A stretch of DNA of 64,000 nt. Source: Nitrospirota bacterium (GTDB lineage: Bacteria > Nitrospirota > Nitrospiria > SBBL01 > JAADHI01). Every line of letters starts with the position of its first letter. Within the stretch, counting starts at the first letter, position 1. The notes beneath the pieces were generated by a model that was given only the letters and a program-made list of their open reading frames with translations, did not search any database and was not told where the DNA came from. Location: contig JAJDBV010000001.1 of the NCBI GenBank assembly GCA_029261165.1, positions 62,569-126,568 of the forward strand. The letters run 5' to 3'. Positions 29,011 to 38,142 of the stretch are shown one piece after another. Both the position numbers and the translations under genes were made by a program.

Positions 29011-29211
29011 ATGAGGATGAGCGGAGATGAAATCAAACATGATCGCGTTTGGAATGGATTCGATTATGCGCTGCAAGTATGGGTCATCAACGGTTATATC
29101 CAAGACTGTGGTCATCCCGAAGAAATGAAAAACCAAGGATGCTGTAATCAGCATAAGCTTGCGGGGAGGTCTATTCTGGACATTTCCGGAGCTGAAATTT
29201 GCAGGAAATAG
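29011..29211 (+). CDS. Small Cys-containing hypothetical protein
   Basis: 66 aa from ATG 29011, 10 nt after AGGAGG. No recognisable family. Confidence 0.3.
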   Translation: MRMSGDEIKHDRVWNGFDYALQVWVINGYIQDCGHPEEMKNQGCCNQHKLAGRSILDISGAEICRK

Positions 29212-29406
29212 GATCAACCCGGTTGATTTTTAAACCCCTCCCTTTAATACGACCTTTCATGGTTCATTGGTGAAATATTATGGGCTCTTAGAGGTGATGT
29301 TAGGGTTTTGTGAAGTGTTGAACAGGAATCAAGAAAAGTCCAAAACTGTGGTTTGAGGCTAAAGATATTGGTATAAAAACAGGTTTTCTGCTGTTAGGAT
29401 GGGGGG

Positions 29407-29477
29407 TCCGGAGGCAAGAAGGGGGGGCGCGCCCGTGTCTGCTGACTGAGTCGGGAACGAATCTCCTTGCCTCCGGA
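29407..29477. repeat. 12-bp perfect inverted repeat between convergent gene ends
   Basis: TCCGGAGGCAAG (29407-29418) pairs with CTTGCCTCCGGA (29466-29477). It lies between the + strand cargo genes and the arsC stop. No U-tract. Confidence 0.5.
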
Positions 29478-29498
29478 AAAATGACCTTCTTTATCGGT

Positions 29499-29903
29499 TT
29501 ACTTCGACTTTAAAGACTCAATGAGCGCCTCGATCTTTTGACGAATTAGGTCTCTGACTTTAACAAACTGATCCATCGGCATTGTTTTTGGGTCTGGGAT
29601 CGCCCAATCTTCTCTTTGTTTGGCCCTGATAATAGGACAAGCATCTGCGCATCCCATTGTAACAACCCAATCGTATTCAATATCAGGAATCTCATCTAAG
29701 CCCTTAGAGCGGTGTCCGGTCAGGTCGTAGCCGATTTCTTTCATCGAAGTAACCGCCTTATCATTCACCTTTCCTGAGGGGCGGGATCCGCTGCTATAAG
29801 GATCGATGATATCTGCACCAAGCATCCTGGCGAATCCCTCCGCCATCTGGCTTCTACAGGCGTTTTCTACGCAGACGAACGAGACTGTTTTCTTTTGATT
29901 CAT
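29499..29903 (-). CDS. arsC: Arsenate reductase, LMW-PTP (thioredoxin-coupled type) family
   Basis: CX5R P-loop VCVENACRSQMAEG, TMGCADACP and DWAIPDP motifs. The start ATG 29903 forms an ATGA overlap with the aquaporin stop (alternative ATG at 29912). The 205-aa track ORF extension is rejected. Confidence 0.8.
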   Translation of the reverse strand: MNQKKTVSFVCVENACRSQMAEGFARMLGADIIDPYSSGSRPSGKVNDKAVTSMKEIGYDLTGHRSKGLDEIPDIEYDWVVTMGCADACPIIRAKQREDWAIPDPKTMPMDQFVKVRDLIRQKIEALIESLKSK

Positions 29904-30568
29904 TGGCAACATTCTTTTTCTTTGAGAGAACGGCATCCGATGACGGCGAGAAACGCTCCGGTTATGGGCGCAAAGATATAGATCCAAAGGGGTCGAAGAT
30001 GGCCGCTTACCAATGCCGGTCCGATTGAGCGTGCCGGATTCATTGACGCACCGGATATAGGACCGCCCAAAAAGGCTTCTAAAGCAACGACCCCGCCGAT
30101 CATAAGACCCGCCCATCCTTTTTTTTGATGTGGACTCGACGTCAGGACACAGATGGTGAAGATCAAAATCAAGGACAATAAAACTTCGAGCACGAACGAT
30201 TCTATTTCACTTCCTCTTGGTAAAGTCGCCCCAAGAGTGGGATGATCAAGAAATAAGAATGAGAGTGTTCCGCTGGCAGCAACTGCACCGATGAGTTGAC
30301 TGGTGACATAGGGGAACACCTTTTTTCTTGGAAATTGTTTTCCGTACCAGAGTGCGATAGTCACGGCGGGGTTGATGTGCGCCCCCGAGATTTCTCTGAA
30401 TAAGTAAATCATGATGCCGACTGCGAGACCGAAAGTGAGTGCGATACCGGCCTGTGTGATCAGACCTCGAGTGATATCATTGACGACTATCGCGGATGTG
30501 CCGGAAAAAACAAGCACGTATGTTCCAATGAACTCCGCAAGAAAGCTTTTAAACGTCGTCGGTTTCAT
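29900..30568 (-). CDS. MIP-family channel (aquaporin/aquaglyceroporin), likely As(III)-conducting
   Basis: 222 aa, six TM helices, two NPA boxes (HINPAVT, SMNPARS). Translationally coupled to arsC. Confidence 0.85.
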   Translation of the reverse strand: MKPTTFKSFLAEFIGTYVLVFSGTSAIVVNDITRGLITQAGIALTFGLAVGIMIYLFREISGAHINPAVTIALWYGKQFPRKKVFPYVTSQLIGAVAASGTLSFLFLDHPTLGATLPRGSEIESFVLEVLLSLILIFTICVLTSSPHQKKGWAGLMIGGVVALEAFLGGPISGASMNPARSIGPALVSGHLRPLWIYIFAPITGAFLAVIGCRSLKEKECCQ

Positions 30569-30601
30569 AGATCTCTCCTATACATTTACATTCATAAAAA
30601 G

Positions 30602-32095
30602 TCAGTCCATCTTGACCATATATTCATAGTGGTTGCCGGCCTCCCCTGAACCCCTCCCATAGTAATGCCATTTCGGGAAATTGAAATCGGATGTAATCGA
30701 GGAGGGTTCCAGAAGCACCGCTTCCAAGAATTCCTCGAGGTTATTGACATTGTAAATGTTCACTTCAAAACCCCATTCATCCATTTGGTCAAAAAAGGGC
30801 AGCATGTTCTCGGTATGCCAATTCATCGCAAAACGGTTAACCCCCCAGCTTCTATACATGTCAAGTATATCTTTTGCCTTCTCAGGCGTGCTTAAGGCAA
30901 AAGGTACCAAAAACTCGATCGGCATTTGTAATATGGCCTTGGGATATGTAATCGCTAATGTCTTGAAGCCTTGTTGCTGTACCTTTTCAACATCTCCATG
31001 AAACCACAAACGTGAAGCATCCAATTTATAATAATCGACCAATTCGAGAAGACGATCGATTACCATTCCGCCTTCTTTAAAGTCAAACTTAAGCGACTTC
31101 TCTGTCTTTGATAAGCGGTTTACGAAGGAATCTATGTGGAGCCACTCTTCGTCCTTCATCCGAGGCGTCGTATCGATATGATCATGTCTTAATATGATGT
31201 CATCCCCGTCCGGGGACATGCGGACGTCACATTCACCCCACGTGATATCAGAAGATAGAAACTGTCGAAGATTGATTTCGTCATTTACCCCATGCCAAAC
31301 GAATTGAATATGTTTCGGAAGCGATTTTTTGTCGATTAACTCAGTCAGGTCATACCTGCTTCCTTTGATGGCATTATAAGGGAGCCGGACTCTCTTCGAC
31401 TCAAAGATGGTGTCGGCATGTAACAGGAAGATCTCCTCTTCAGGATCAATCTTTGCGATTTCCTTTAGGTTTTCGGGCTCATTGTCGACGACCGCAAATA
31501 CACGATATCCGTTCTCTTGAAATTTGCGTATCCCATCGACTTTCGCTTCTTTTACGCTTTGATCCCATCCGTATGGGTTCATTTGCAACAACGAGTCGGA
31601 AAATTCAACCTTATGTGATTTTCCAAGCTGGTTGAGAGAAATCAGGGTTTCTGTCCGCACCGATTCCGGGCGTCCGGTGTTTAAACCGACAAAAGTATTC
31701 GGCTGGAGCTGAAACCATCTGATCACTTCAAGGACACCCTTAAAGGGTCTATGCGCATTCAATATAGATGCTTCCATCCAACGATTTTGTCTATACCATT
31801 CTAATATGTCGTTCTGTTGATCAAGTGCAATATGCATCTCAGACAAAAGGCGATCAACCTGGTTTTCATGGACTTTAATCTGAGAAATCTGTAGATCTTT
31901 AAAATAATGAGTGTGATGAAGTCGGTCATAAGCGGCCAGGATATTGCGTATCATATACCGCATATCAAGAATGGTGCCGTCAATATCAAATACGATAACC
32001 AGCTTCTCATCCGAGTGAAGATAGTGACTGTTTTCAAAATGAGAGGCCAGCAAACTCATCCAATTTTCTTTTTTCTTCTCCGTTTTCATTTTCAA
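30602..32095 (-). CDS. HAD-family phosphatase fused to a GDPD/PLC-like phosphodiesterase-like domain
   Basis: 497 aa. HAD motif I VFDIDGT, motif II GLNTGRP, motif IV-like AVVDNEPEN. The C-terminal half, WHGVND...ECDVRMSPDGDDIILRHDH, resembles the HRG...E.DV...DG..V..HD signature of glycerophosphodiesterases. Assignment of the second domain is tentative. Confidence 0.5.
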   Translation of the reverse strand: MKMKTEKKKENWMSLLASHFENSHYLHSDEKLVIVFDIDGTILDMRYMIRNILAAYDRLHHTHYFKDLQISQIKVHENQVDRLLSEMHIALDQQNDILEWYRQNRWMEASILNAHRPFKGVLEVIRWFQLQPNTFVGLNTGRPESVRTETLISLNQLGKSHKVEFSDSLLQMNPYGWDQSVKEAKVDGIRKFQENGYRVFAVVDNEPENLKEIAKIDPEEEIFLLHADTIFESKRVRLPYNAIKGSRYDLTELIDKKSLPKHIQFVWHGVNDEINLRQFLSSDITWGECDVRMSPDGDDIILRHDHIDTTPRMKDEEWLHIDSFVNRLSKTEKSLKFDFKEGGMVIDRLLELVDYYKLDASRLWFHGDVEKVQQQGFKTLAITYPKAILQMPIEFLVPFALSTPEKAKDILDMYRSWGVNRFAMNWHTENMLPFFDQMDEWGFEVNIYNVNNLEEFLEAVLLEPSSITSDFNFPKWHYYGRGSGEAGNHYEYMVKMD

Positions 32096-32181
32096 TATTT
32101 CTCCAATGATCGACAGACCCGTTCTGATCGGCGGGTGGGTAGGATTCCCACCCGCCGAAAATTAATCATGAACCGTGAAGA

Positions 32182-33363
32182 TTAAAATACATACTGCATC
32201 TGAACGAAGACCTCATCTAGATCCTTTCCAGGTACCCCATCCACATCCTCTCCGATTCGGTAGGTTCCCTGGAGCTTGATGTCATGCTTCTTGACGAAAA
32301 AGTAGTTCAAACCGACAGAGGTTCGGGTCCACTCATCAAGATAACCATCGGCATCCTGGGATTCATATCCGGCAACCACCTCCATCCGGCTCGGAATCAC
32401 CATATATCCGGCTTCGACCGCAAAGTTTTCCAAATCGGTGCTGCCGCTTTTAAAAATACCCTTCGTGACGGTACTGTCGACCGTATCGGCATTGAACCGG
32501 TTGTATTCAGCATCGATGGAAAGCCCCTTCACCCGAAGGGCAGCACTTATTTCAAAGCCGGTCACTGAATCAACATCTGGTTTACCAGCGCCGTCATCAA
32601 CGCCATTTGTGGTACGGGTATTATTGTCATCATCGTTATCCCAGGAAAAGCCGGCGACGCCGATCGTCGCCTTCAGATCCTGCTTAAAATCCCCCTGAGA
32701 CATCTTTAATTGTCCAAAAGGGTGGAAATCAATCCGGCCGCCAACAATCCAGCCCTCGTTAAAGTCATTATTTTTGTTGACCGGCGTGTCAAAGTCGAGT
32801 TTTTTGGCATCCGGATCGATCGACGCCGATGCGAACGATAGACCGTAAGTCACCTTATGCCCGTCCAAAAATCCTCCGGTGGCATGAATCCCTAAGTTCC
32901 TGTCCGGAGTGCCGTAGTTATGGTCTCCGACAAAGGTACGCTCCACGAGCTGCTGTTTTTTCGAAGAAGTTAAGCTTTCGCGAGAGAACATCACCTTGGC
33001 ATTTCCCACAGTAAGCTTTGCATGTTTAAACCCTTTATACTGGAGATAAGCGTCCTTTACTGCGAGTTCATTCCCATCCTCTGCCTTTCCCATATCCCAT
33101 TGAAATTTGCCGGTCCAGTCTTTATGCAGGCTCCCCTCAATGTACGGCCGAAAACGCCGAAAAAACACTTCGTCCGTAGATTCTCCAACTTCAGGATCCT
33201 TTTGATGGTATTGAAGCTGGATCCGCCCCCCCATCTTCACAAACTTATCGCCGTCCTTAAAAACGGTGATTCCTGCCGCTGTCGAGAGAGAGGGTGAGCC
33301 CGTTAAGATTAACCCGCTGACCGCAATTGTAACGACTATCCTTCCAATCAAATTTTTGAACAC
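32182..33363 (-). CDS. Phosphate-selective porin O/P (OprO/OprP)-like outer-membrane porin
   Basis: 393 aa, signal peptide. FFRRFRPYIEGSL..DW..KFQWD and VKDAYLQYKG...VGNAKVMFSRESLTSS motifs fit the Porin_O_P pattern. C-terminal aromatic residue (YVF). Confidence 0.7.
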   Translation of the reverse strand: MFKNLIGRIVVTIAVSGLILTGSPSLSTAAGITVFKDGDKFVKMGGRIQLQYHQKDPEVGESTDEVFFRRFRPYIEGSLHKDWTGKFQWDMGKAEDGNELAVKDAYLQYKGFKHAKLTVGNAKVMFSRESLTSSKKQQLVERTFVGDHNYGTPDRNLGIHATGGFLDGHKVTYGLSFASASIDPDAKKLDFDTPVNKNNDFNEGWIVGGRIDFHPFGQLKMSQGDFKQDLKATIGVAGFSWDNDDDNNTRTTNGVDDGAGKPDVDSVTGFEISAALRVKGLSIDAEYNRFNADTVDSTVTKGIFKSGSTDLENFAVEAGYMVIPSRMEVVAGYESQDADGYLDEWTRTSVGLNYFFVKKHDIKLQGTYRIGEDVDGVPGKDLDEVFVQMQYVF

Positions 33364-33442
33364 TGGAACCTCCTCTTTTATTTTATATATTTTCCTTCTT
33401 CCCGGTTGTCATCGTGAAACAGTTTGGATTCTGCATGAACGT

Positions 33443-33481
33443 TGTTAAGAAGATGTGGCTGGATTGTTAAGATTGTGTGAA
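33443..33481 (-). promoter_or_regulatory. Pho-box array (4 hexamers, 11-bp period) upstream of the porin operon
   Basis: The plus strand shows TGTTAA (33443), TGTGGC (33454), TGTTAA (33465), TGTGAA (33476). Read on the minus strand these are TTCACA TTAACA GCCACA TTAACA. The array lies 80-118 bp upstream of the porin start. Confidence 0.6.
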
Positions 33482-33509
33482 ATGGCAAGGAGAAGTGTTT
33501 TAGAAAAAA

Positions 33510-35285
33510 TTAGCGATACGAAGGGATAGTAAATGTAAAAGTCGTCCCTTTACCCGATTGGCTGCTGACGGAGATTTCGCCATTGTGGGCTTGAACGATA
33601 TGTTTGACGATCGAAAGACCGAGACCGGTACCACCCAATTCTCTGGAGCGGGCCTTATCAACACGGTAAAAGCGTTCGAATATGCGCGGAAGGTCTTTAT
33701 CAGGTATCCCAATGCCGGTGTCGGCGACACTGACTTTTATATGGGCATCACCTTCTTCTGCAGACACAACAACGCAACCACTCGGAGGGGTGTATTTGAG
33801 GGCGTTTTCGATCAGGTTGAATAATACCTGCGCCAGCCTTGTTTCATCCGCAATAACTTGATGTAACTTCTCGGATACCTTTGTCCTGATCGTAATTGAC
33901 TTCTTGACCGCCTGCATGTCGAGGCTTGCGACGACCCTTTTAATGATGGGGAAAAGAGGGCATGGGTTGAGATCCATATTCAGCTTTCCGGATTCGATCT
34001 TTGACAGATTCAAGAGGTCATCCACCAGCCGTGCCAGGCGCTCTGCCTCCGTGTGGACGATCTTAATGAAATCCCTTGCATGCGCCTGATCATCAAGCGC
34101 CCCATCCAGCAGGGTCTCGGCATAGCCCTGGATACTGGAGATCGGCGTTCTTAATTCGTGGGAAACATTCGCGACAAAATCTTGGCGAATTTTTTCGAGT
34201 CGGCGCAGGTTCGTATTATCGTGAAAGACAAGGATCGCCCCTTCCCGTTGGTTGTCTCTCAGAACAGGTGTTGCATAAACCGATAAGACCCTATCTTCCG
34301 GTGCGGCGAGTGAAATTTCACAGGCGTCTAAGTGGGATTGACTTTTAATAGCGCAATCGATAGTCTCTGCGATTTCAAGATTGCGAATGACCTCAATCGA
34401 ATTTTTGCCGGTGACATCATGTTTGATCTGGAAAATATCTTTGAGCGCCCGGTTCATGAGTAAGATCTTCCCTTTTGGATCGACAACAAGAACCCCTTCA
34501 AGCATGCTCAGCAAAACTGCTTCAAGGCGTGAGCGACTGATGTTCATCTCCTGTAAGCGGCTTTCGAGTTGTTCGGACATCTCATTGAAGGCATGGCCAA
34601 GATCACCGATTTCGTCATTTAAAAAGAAGGTATCTATTTTTGAAAAGTCTCCTTGAGCGATCCGTTTAGCGATCTTTGAGATTTCTCTGATCGGTTTAGA
34701 AATATAAGCGGATGCAAAAAAGGTGATAATGATCGCCATGATAAAGACCGCAAAGAGTGAAAAAGCGATTATCCTTTTCAGTTGTTTTGAGATCAGATCG
34801 ATATCTGAGAGAGGGAGGGAAAGCCGGATGACGCCACCCCTGCGTTGACTGCTGAACGGCATCGCCATGTAAAGCATGTTGGTATTGATTGTTGAGCTGA
34901 AGCGCTTACTTTCGCCAAAGCCCGATTTTAAGGCATCTTGGACTTCAGGGCGATTCAGGTGATTTTCAACCTGTTGCAGCGCCCCGCCGTCAAGTTCGGA
35001 ATCTCCCAAAACCTTTCCAGTGAGGGAAATAATCGTTACTCTTAAATTGAGATCTTGTCCGATCCGGTCGGTGATTTGATCAAACACCTCTGGTGTCTCT
35101 TGATCGTTCTTCATGTTTTCGAGACTATGTTTCGCCAGTGTGGTCTTTTTTTTGAGATCGGTTTGAATATTCTGGTAGGTATAACTCCGCAGGTTTTGAT
35201 TAAGATAGAGGTATCCGACCGACAGGATAACCGCAGTGATGATGGTAAAGGTCAGCGTGATCTTATAATGGGTATTGATTCTCAT
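33510..35285 (-). CDS. phoR: Phosphate regulon sensor histidine kinase PhoR-like
   Basis: 591 aa. Two TM helices flank a periplasmic domain, followed by HAMP, PAS, HisKA (SHELRTP) and HATPase_c (GGTGLGLSIV) domains. Adjacent to pstSCAB. Confidence 0.8.
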   Translation of the reverse strand: MRINTHYKITLTFTIITAVILSVGYLYLNQNLRSYTYQNIQTDLKKKTTLAKHSLENMKNDQETPEVFDQITDRIGQDLNLRVTIISLTGKVLGDSELDGGALQQVENHLNRPEVQDALKSGFGESKRFSSTINTNMLYMAMPFSSQRRGGVIRLSLPLSDIDLISKQLKRIIAFSLFAVFIMAIIITFFASAYISKPIREISKIAKRIAQGDFSKIDTFFLNDEIGDLGHAFNEMSEQLESRLQEMNISRSRLEAVLLSMLEGVLVVDPKGKILLMNRALKDIFQIKHDVTGKNSIEVIRNLEIAETIDCAIKSQSHLDACEISLAAPEDRVLSVYATPVLRDNQREGAILVFHDNTNLRRLEKIRQDFVANVSHELRTPISSIQGYAETLLDGALDDQAHARDFIKIVHTEAERLARLVDDLLNLSKIESGKLNMDLNPCPLFPIIKRVVASLDMQAVKKSITIRTKVSEKLHQVIADETRLAQVLFNLIENALKYTPPSGCVVVSAEEGDAHIKVSVADTGIGIPDKDLPRIFERFYRVDKARSRELGGTGLGLSIVKHIVQAHNGEISVSSQSGKGTTFTFTIPSYR

Positions 35286-35467
35286 CAGTCGGATTCCGGC
35301 CTGGATGTCCTTTTATGTTCCTATAGGAGGCATCTTATCATAGATTTTATCGGCTCTGTCTGGAACGATGCTGCACCATAGATGATGGTCCGTCCCATAC
35401 CGGTGACTGTTGATCTCCCACTGAGTTTGGATGAAAACCTAAACCATTTCAATCGTTGCAATGCAAC

Positions 35468-35506
35468 TTCACAGAAACTTGACAAATCCTTCATTTTTTC
35501 ACCACA
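35468..35506 (+). promoter_or_regulatory. Pho-box array upstream of pstS
   Basis: TTCACA (35468), TTGACA (35479), TTCATT (35490), ACCACA (35501), at exact 11-bp spacing. The array ends 74 bp upstream of the pstS ATG. Confidence 0.65.
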
Positions 35507-35579
35507 TAACTCCTTTATTGTGCCTCTTGTAGTTAAAAAAATTACTTATATGCATTCAAGAATAAGGAGAGAACTGACC

Positions 35580-36629
35580 ATGAAAATAATAAAACTTTTA
35601 GTGCTGGTCCTGACCGTTTCTTCTTTTGCGATCGGTGCTGTTCCGGCGCAAGCCGCACGAGACCATATCAGTATTGTCGGTTCTTCGACGGTTTATCCCT
35701 TTGCGACGGTCGTTGTGGAACGATTTGGAAAAACCACCTCTTTTAAGACACCGAAGGTTGAATCGACCGGATCGGGCGGCGGTTTTAAGCTATTCTGTGC
35801 CGGGGTCGGTGTTGGGCATCCAGATATCACAAATGCATCGCGCCGCATCAAAAAATCGGAATATGAAAAATGCCAGAAGAATGGTGTTCGTGAGATCGTT
35901 GAGGTCAAAATCGGCTATGATGGCATTGCGATCGCCAACTCAAAAAAAGCGGCAAAATTTTCGCTTGAGCTACGTGATCTTTTCCTGGCATTGGCCAAAA
36001 ATGTCCCCGATCCCAAAGGGGGAGAACAACTGATCGAGAACCCTTATAAAACGTGGAAAGAGGTCAATCCAAAACTTCCGAATCAGAAGATCGAAGTCCT
36101 CGGACCGCCGCCGACCTCCGGCACGCGCGACGCCTTTGCGGAGCTCGCCCTGGAGGGAGGATGCAAAACATTTAAATGGATCGCGGCGATGAAGAAAAAG
36201 GATAAAAAGGCCTACAAACGGCTCTGTCACACGATTCGAGAGGATGGGGCCTATATCGAAGCCGGAGAGAATGACAATCTGATTGTCCAGAAACTACAGG
36301 CAAATTCGAATGCGCTCGGTGTTTTTGGTTTCAGTTTCCTCGATCAAAACCTCGACAAGGTTCAAGGGTCGTCGATCAAAGGGGTGAAACCGAGGTTTGA
36401 GTCGATTGCCGACGGCAGCTATCCGATTTCCCGTCCCCTCTATTTTTATGTTAAAAAGGCGCATATCAATGTCATTCCGGGGATGAAGGAGTACCTCTCC
36501 GAATTTACCAGTGAAAAGGCCTGGGGTGATGAAGGATACCTGGCAGATCGCGGTTTGATTCCGATGCCGAAAATGGAACGGAGAAAATTTTTAAGCGATG
36601 TCAAAGGCTTGAAAGCGCTTAAAATGTAA
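35580..36629 (+). CDS. pstS: Phosphate ABC transporter substrate-binding protein PstS
   Basis: Signal peptide from ATG 35580 (AAGGAGAG upstream). GSSTVYPF...GSGGG motifs of the PstS (PBP-like-2) family. First gene of pstSCAB. Confidence 0.9.
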   Translation: MKIIKLLVLVLTVSSFAIGAVPAQAARDHISIVGSSTVYPFATVVVERFGKTTSFKTPKVESTGSGGGFKLFCAGVGVGHPDITNASRRIKKSEYEKCQKNGVREIVEVKIGYDGIAIANSKKAAKFSLELRDLFLALAKNVPDPKGGEQLIENPYKTWKEVNPKLPNQKIEVLGPPPTSGTRDAFAELALEGGCKTFKWIAAMKKKDKKAYKRLCHTIREDGAYIEAGENDNLIVQKLQANSNALGVFGFSFLDQNLDKVQGSSIKGVKPRFESIADGSYPISRPLYFYVKKAHINVIPGMKEYLSEFTSEKAWGDEGYLADRGLIPMPKMERRKFLSDVKGLKALKM

Positions 36630-36693
36630 TCAAATAATCTGAAAGGGATTGACAGGGACAGAGCGTGACAAGCTCTGTCCCCTTTTGTTTATC

Positions 36694-38079
36694 ATGCAGA
36701 TAACGCTGATTATTTTTTCTATTTTACTTGCACTGAGCGTTGCCGCCTATTTTTTTGGCTGCCGCCGCGCGGTCGCCATCGCTCAGGGAAACATTCGAAA
36801 CCTTCACTCCCTGCCGGAGCATTACGGTTTCTATGCTGCAATCTGGTGCGGTCTGCCGGCCCTTTTGGTCCTTGGGCTCTGGACTGTTTTTGAAACACCG
36901 ATCATGACGCACCTTGTTGTTTCTGAACTCCCAAGAACCTTTCAAGAATTGGAGCCGGGCCGTCTCAACCTGGTCATCAATGACATTAAAAACATGGCCA
37001 ATGGCATCATCGTTTCAGAAGAAACAGATCCGAACCTGCTGGCTGCCGCCGACCGTTACCGTTCACTTCAGTCGATGGGACAGGCCGCCCTGGCCGTAGT
37101 CGTGCTGACACTGGCCCTTGGCTGCGGCAGTGTGGCTTTATATCTCATCCGAGCCAAACAGCGGGCCAGGAACAGGGTCGAAACCATCGTGAAAGGATTG
37201 CTCTTCGTCTGTTCATGCATTGCGATCCTGGCCACGATCGGGATCGTGCTTTCCGTTGTATTTGAATCGATCCGCTTTTTTAAGCTGGTTCCGGTGAGCG
37301 ATTTTTTGTTTGGCTTAAAGTGGAGCCCTCAGACCGCGATTCGGGTTGATCAGGTCGGGGGATCGGGGGCATTCGGGGCGGTTCCCTTATTTGTCGGAAC
37401 GCTCTTGATCTCCTTGATTGCAATGGTCGTCTCCGTGCCGGTCGGGCTCATGTCAGCCATCTACCTTTCCGAATACGCCTCCCGTTCCTTTCGCGCAGTT
37501 GCCAAACCGCTGCTTGAGATTTTAGCGGGGATCCCGACGGTTGTGTACGGCTTCTTTGCCGCGATAATGGTCGCGCCGTTTATCCGCGATACCGGCAGCC
37601 GATTCGGTTTCGATGTGGCGTCCGAGAGTGCCTTGGCCGCCGGATTGGTGATGGGGATCATGATTATCCCGTTCGTTTCTTCCCTTTCGGACGATGTAAT
37701 CAATGCCGTTCCGCAATCGTTGCGTGACGGCTCTTATGCACTCGGCGCGACGCAGTCGGAGACGATTCAGCGGGTTGTCATTCCGGCGGCCCTCCCTGGA
37801 ATTGTCAGCGGGATTCTCCTTGCCGTTTCCCGCGCAGTCGGGGAGACGATGATTGTTGTGATGGCTGCCGGTTTGTCCGCCAATCTGACCCTGAATCCCT
37901 TTGAGACGGTTACGACTGTAACGGTTCAGATTGTAACGCTCTTGACCGGCGATCAGGAATTTGACAGCGCCAAGACGCTCGCTGCCTTTGCCTTAGGCCT
38001 GCTTCTCTTTACGGTCACATTGATTCTCAACGTGATTGCTTTGTATATCGTGAGAAAATATCGGGAGGAATATGAGTAA
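36694..38079 (+). CDS. pstC: Phosphate ABC transporter permease PstC (long form)
   Basis: Multi-TM protein with an N-terminal extension. EAA-loop region AVPQSLRDGSYALGATQSETI. The start is ambiguous (TTG 36649 or ATG 36694). Confidence 0.9.
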   Translation: MQITLIIFSILLALSVAAYFFGCRRAVAIAQGNIRNLHSLPEHYGFYAAIWCGLPALLVLGLWTVFETPIMTHLVVSELPRTFQELEPGRLNLVINDIKNMANGIIVSEETDPNLLAAADRYRSLQSMGQAALAVVVLTLALGCGSVALYLIRAKQRARNRVETIVKGLLFVCSCIAILATIGIVLSVVFESIRFFKLVPVSDFLFGLKWSPQTAIRVDQVGGSGAFGAVPLFVGTLLISLIAMVVSVPVGLMSAIYLSEYASRSFRAVAKPLLEILAGIPTVVYGFFAAIMVAPFIRDTGSRFGFDVASESALAAGLVMGIMIIPFVSSLSDDVINAVPQSLRDGSYALGATQSETIQRVVIPAALPGIVSGILLAVSRAVGETMIVVMAAGLSANLTLNPFETVTTVTVQIVTLLTGDQEFDSAKTLAAFALGLLLFTVTLILNVIALYIVRKYREEYE

Positions 38080-38142
38080 GGTACAGTTGACAGTGACCCG
38101 TTATCAGTTGACGGTTAAAGAACAAAAAAGTAGGAAGAGGGT

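Noticed and set aside
28761-29211. RHH-like plus 66-aa protein as a type II toxin-antitoxin pair
   Set aside because: The second protein matches no toxin family I recognise. The RHH call itself is weak, and the genes are separated by 28 nt without coupling.
29212-29498. Possible tRNA gene or att site marking the end of the conjugative element (also checked 830-1056 and 1291-1766)
   Set aside because: No cloverleaf-compatible sequence or T-loop GTTCGAATC-type motif was seen. No direct repeat partner is available in the window because the other end is outside it.
29499-30116. 205-aa version of the arsC ORF
   Set aside because: The N-terminal 70 residues overlap the 3' end of the MIP channel gene in another frame and are Arg/Cys-rich nonsense. 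The LMW-PTP fold begins at MNQKKTVSFVCVENACRS, with an ATGA overlap at 29900-29903.
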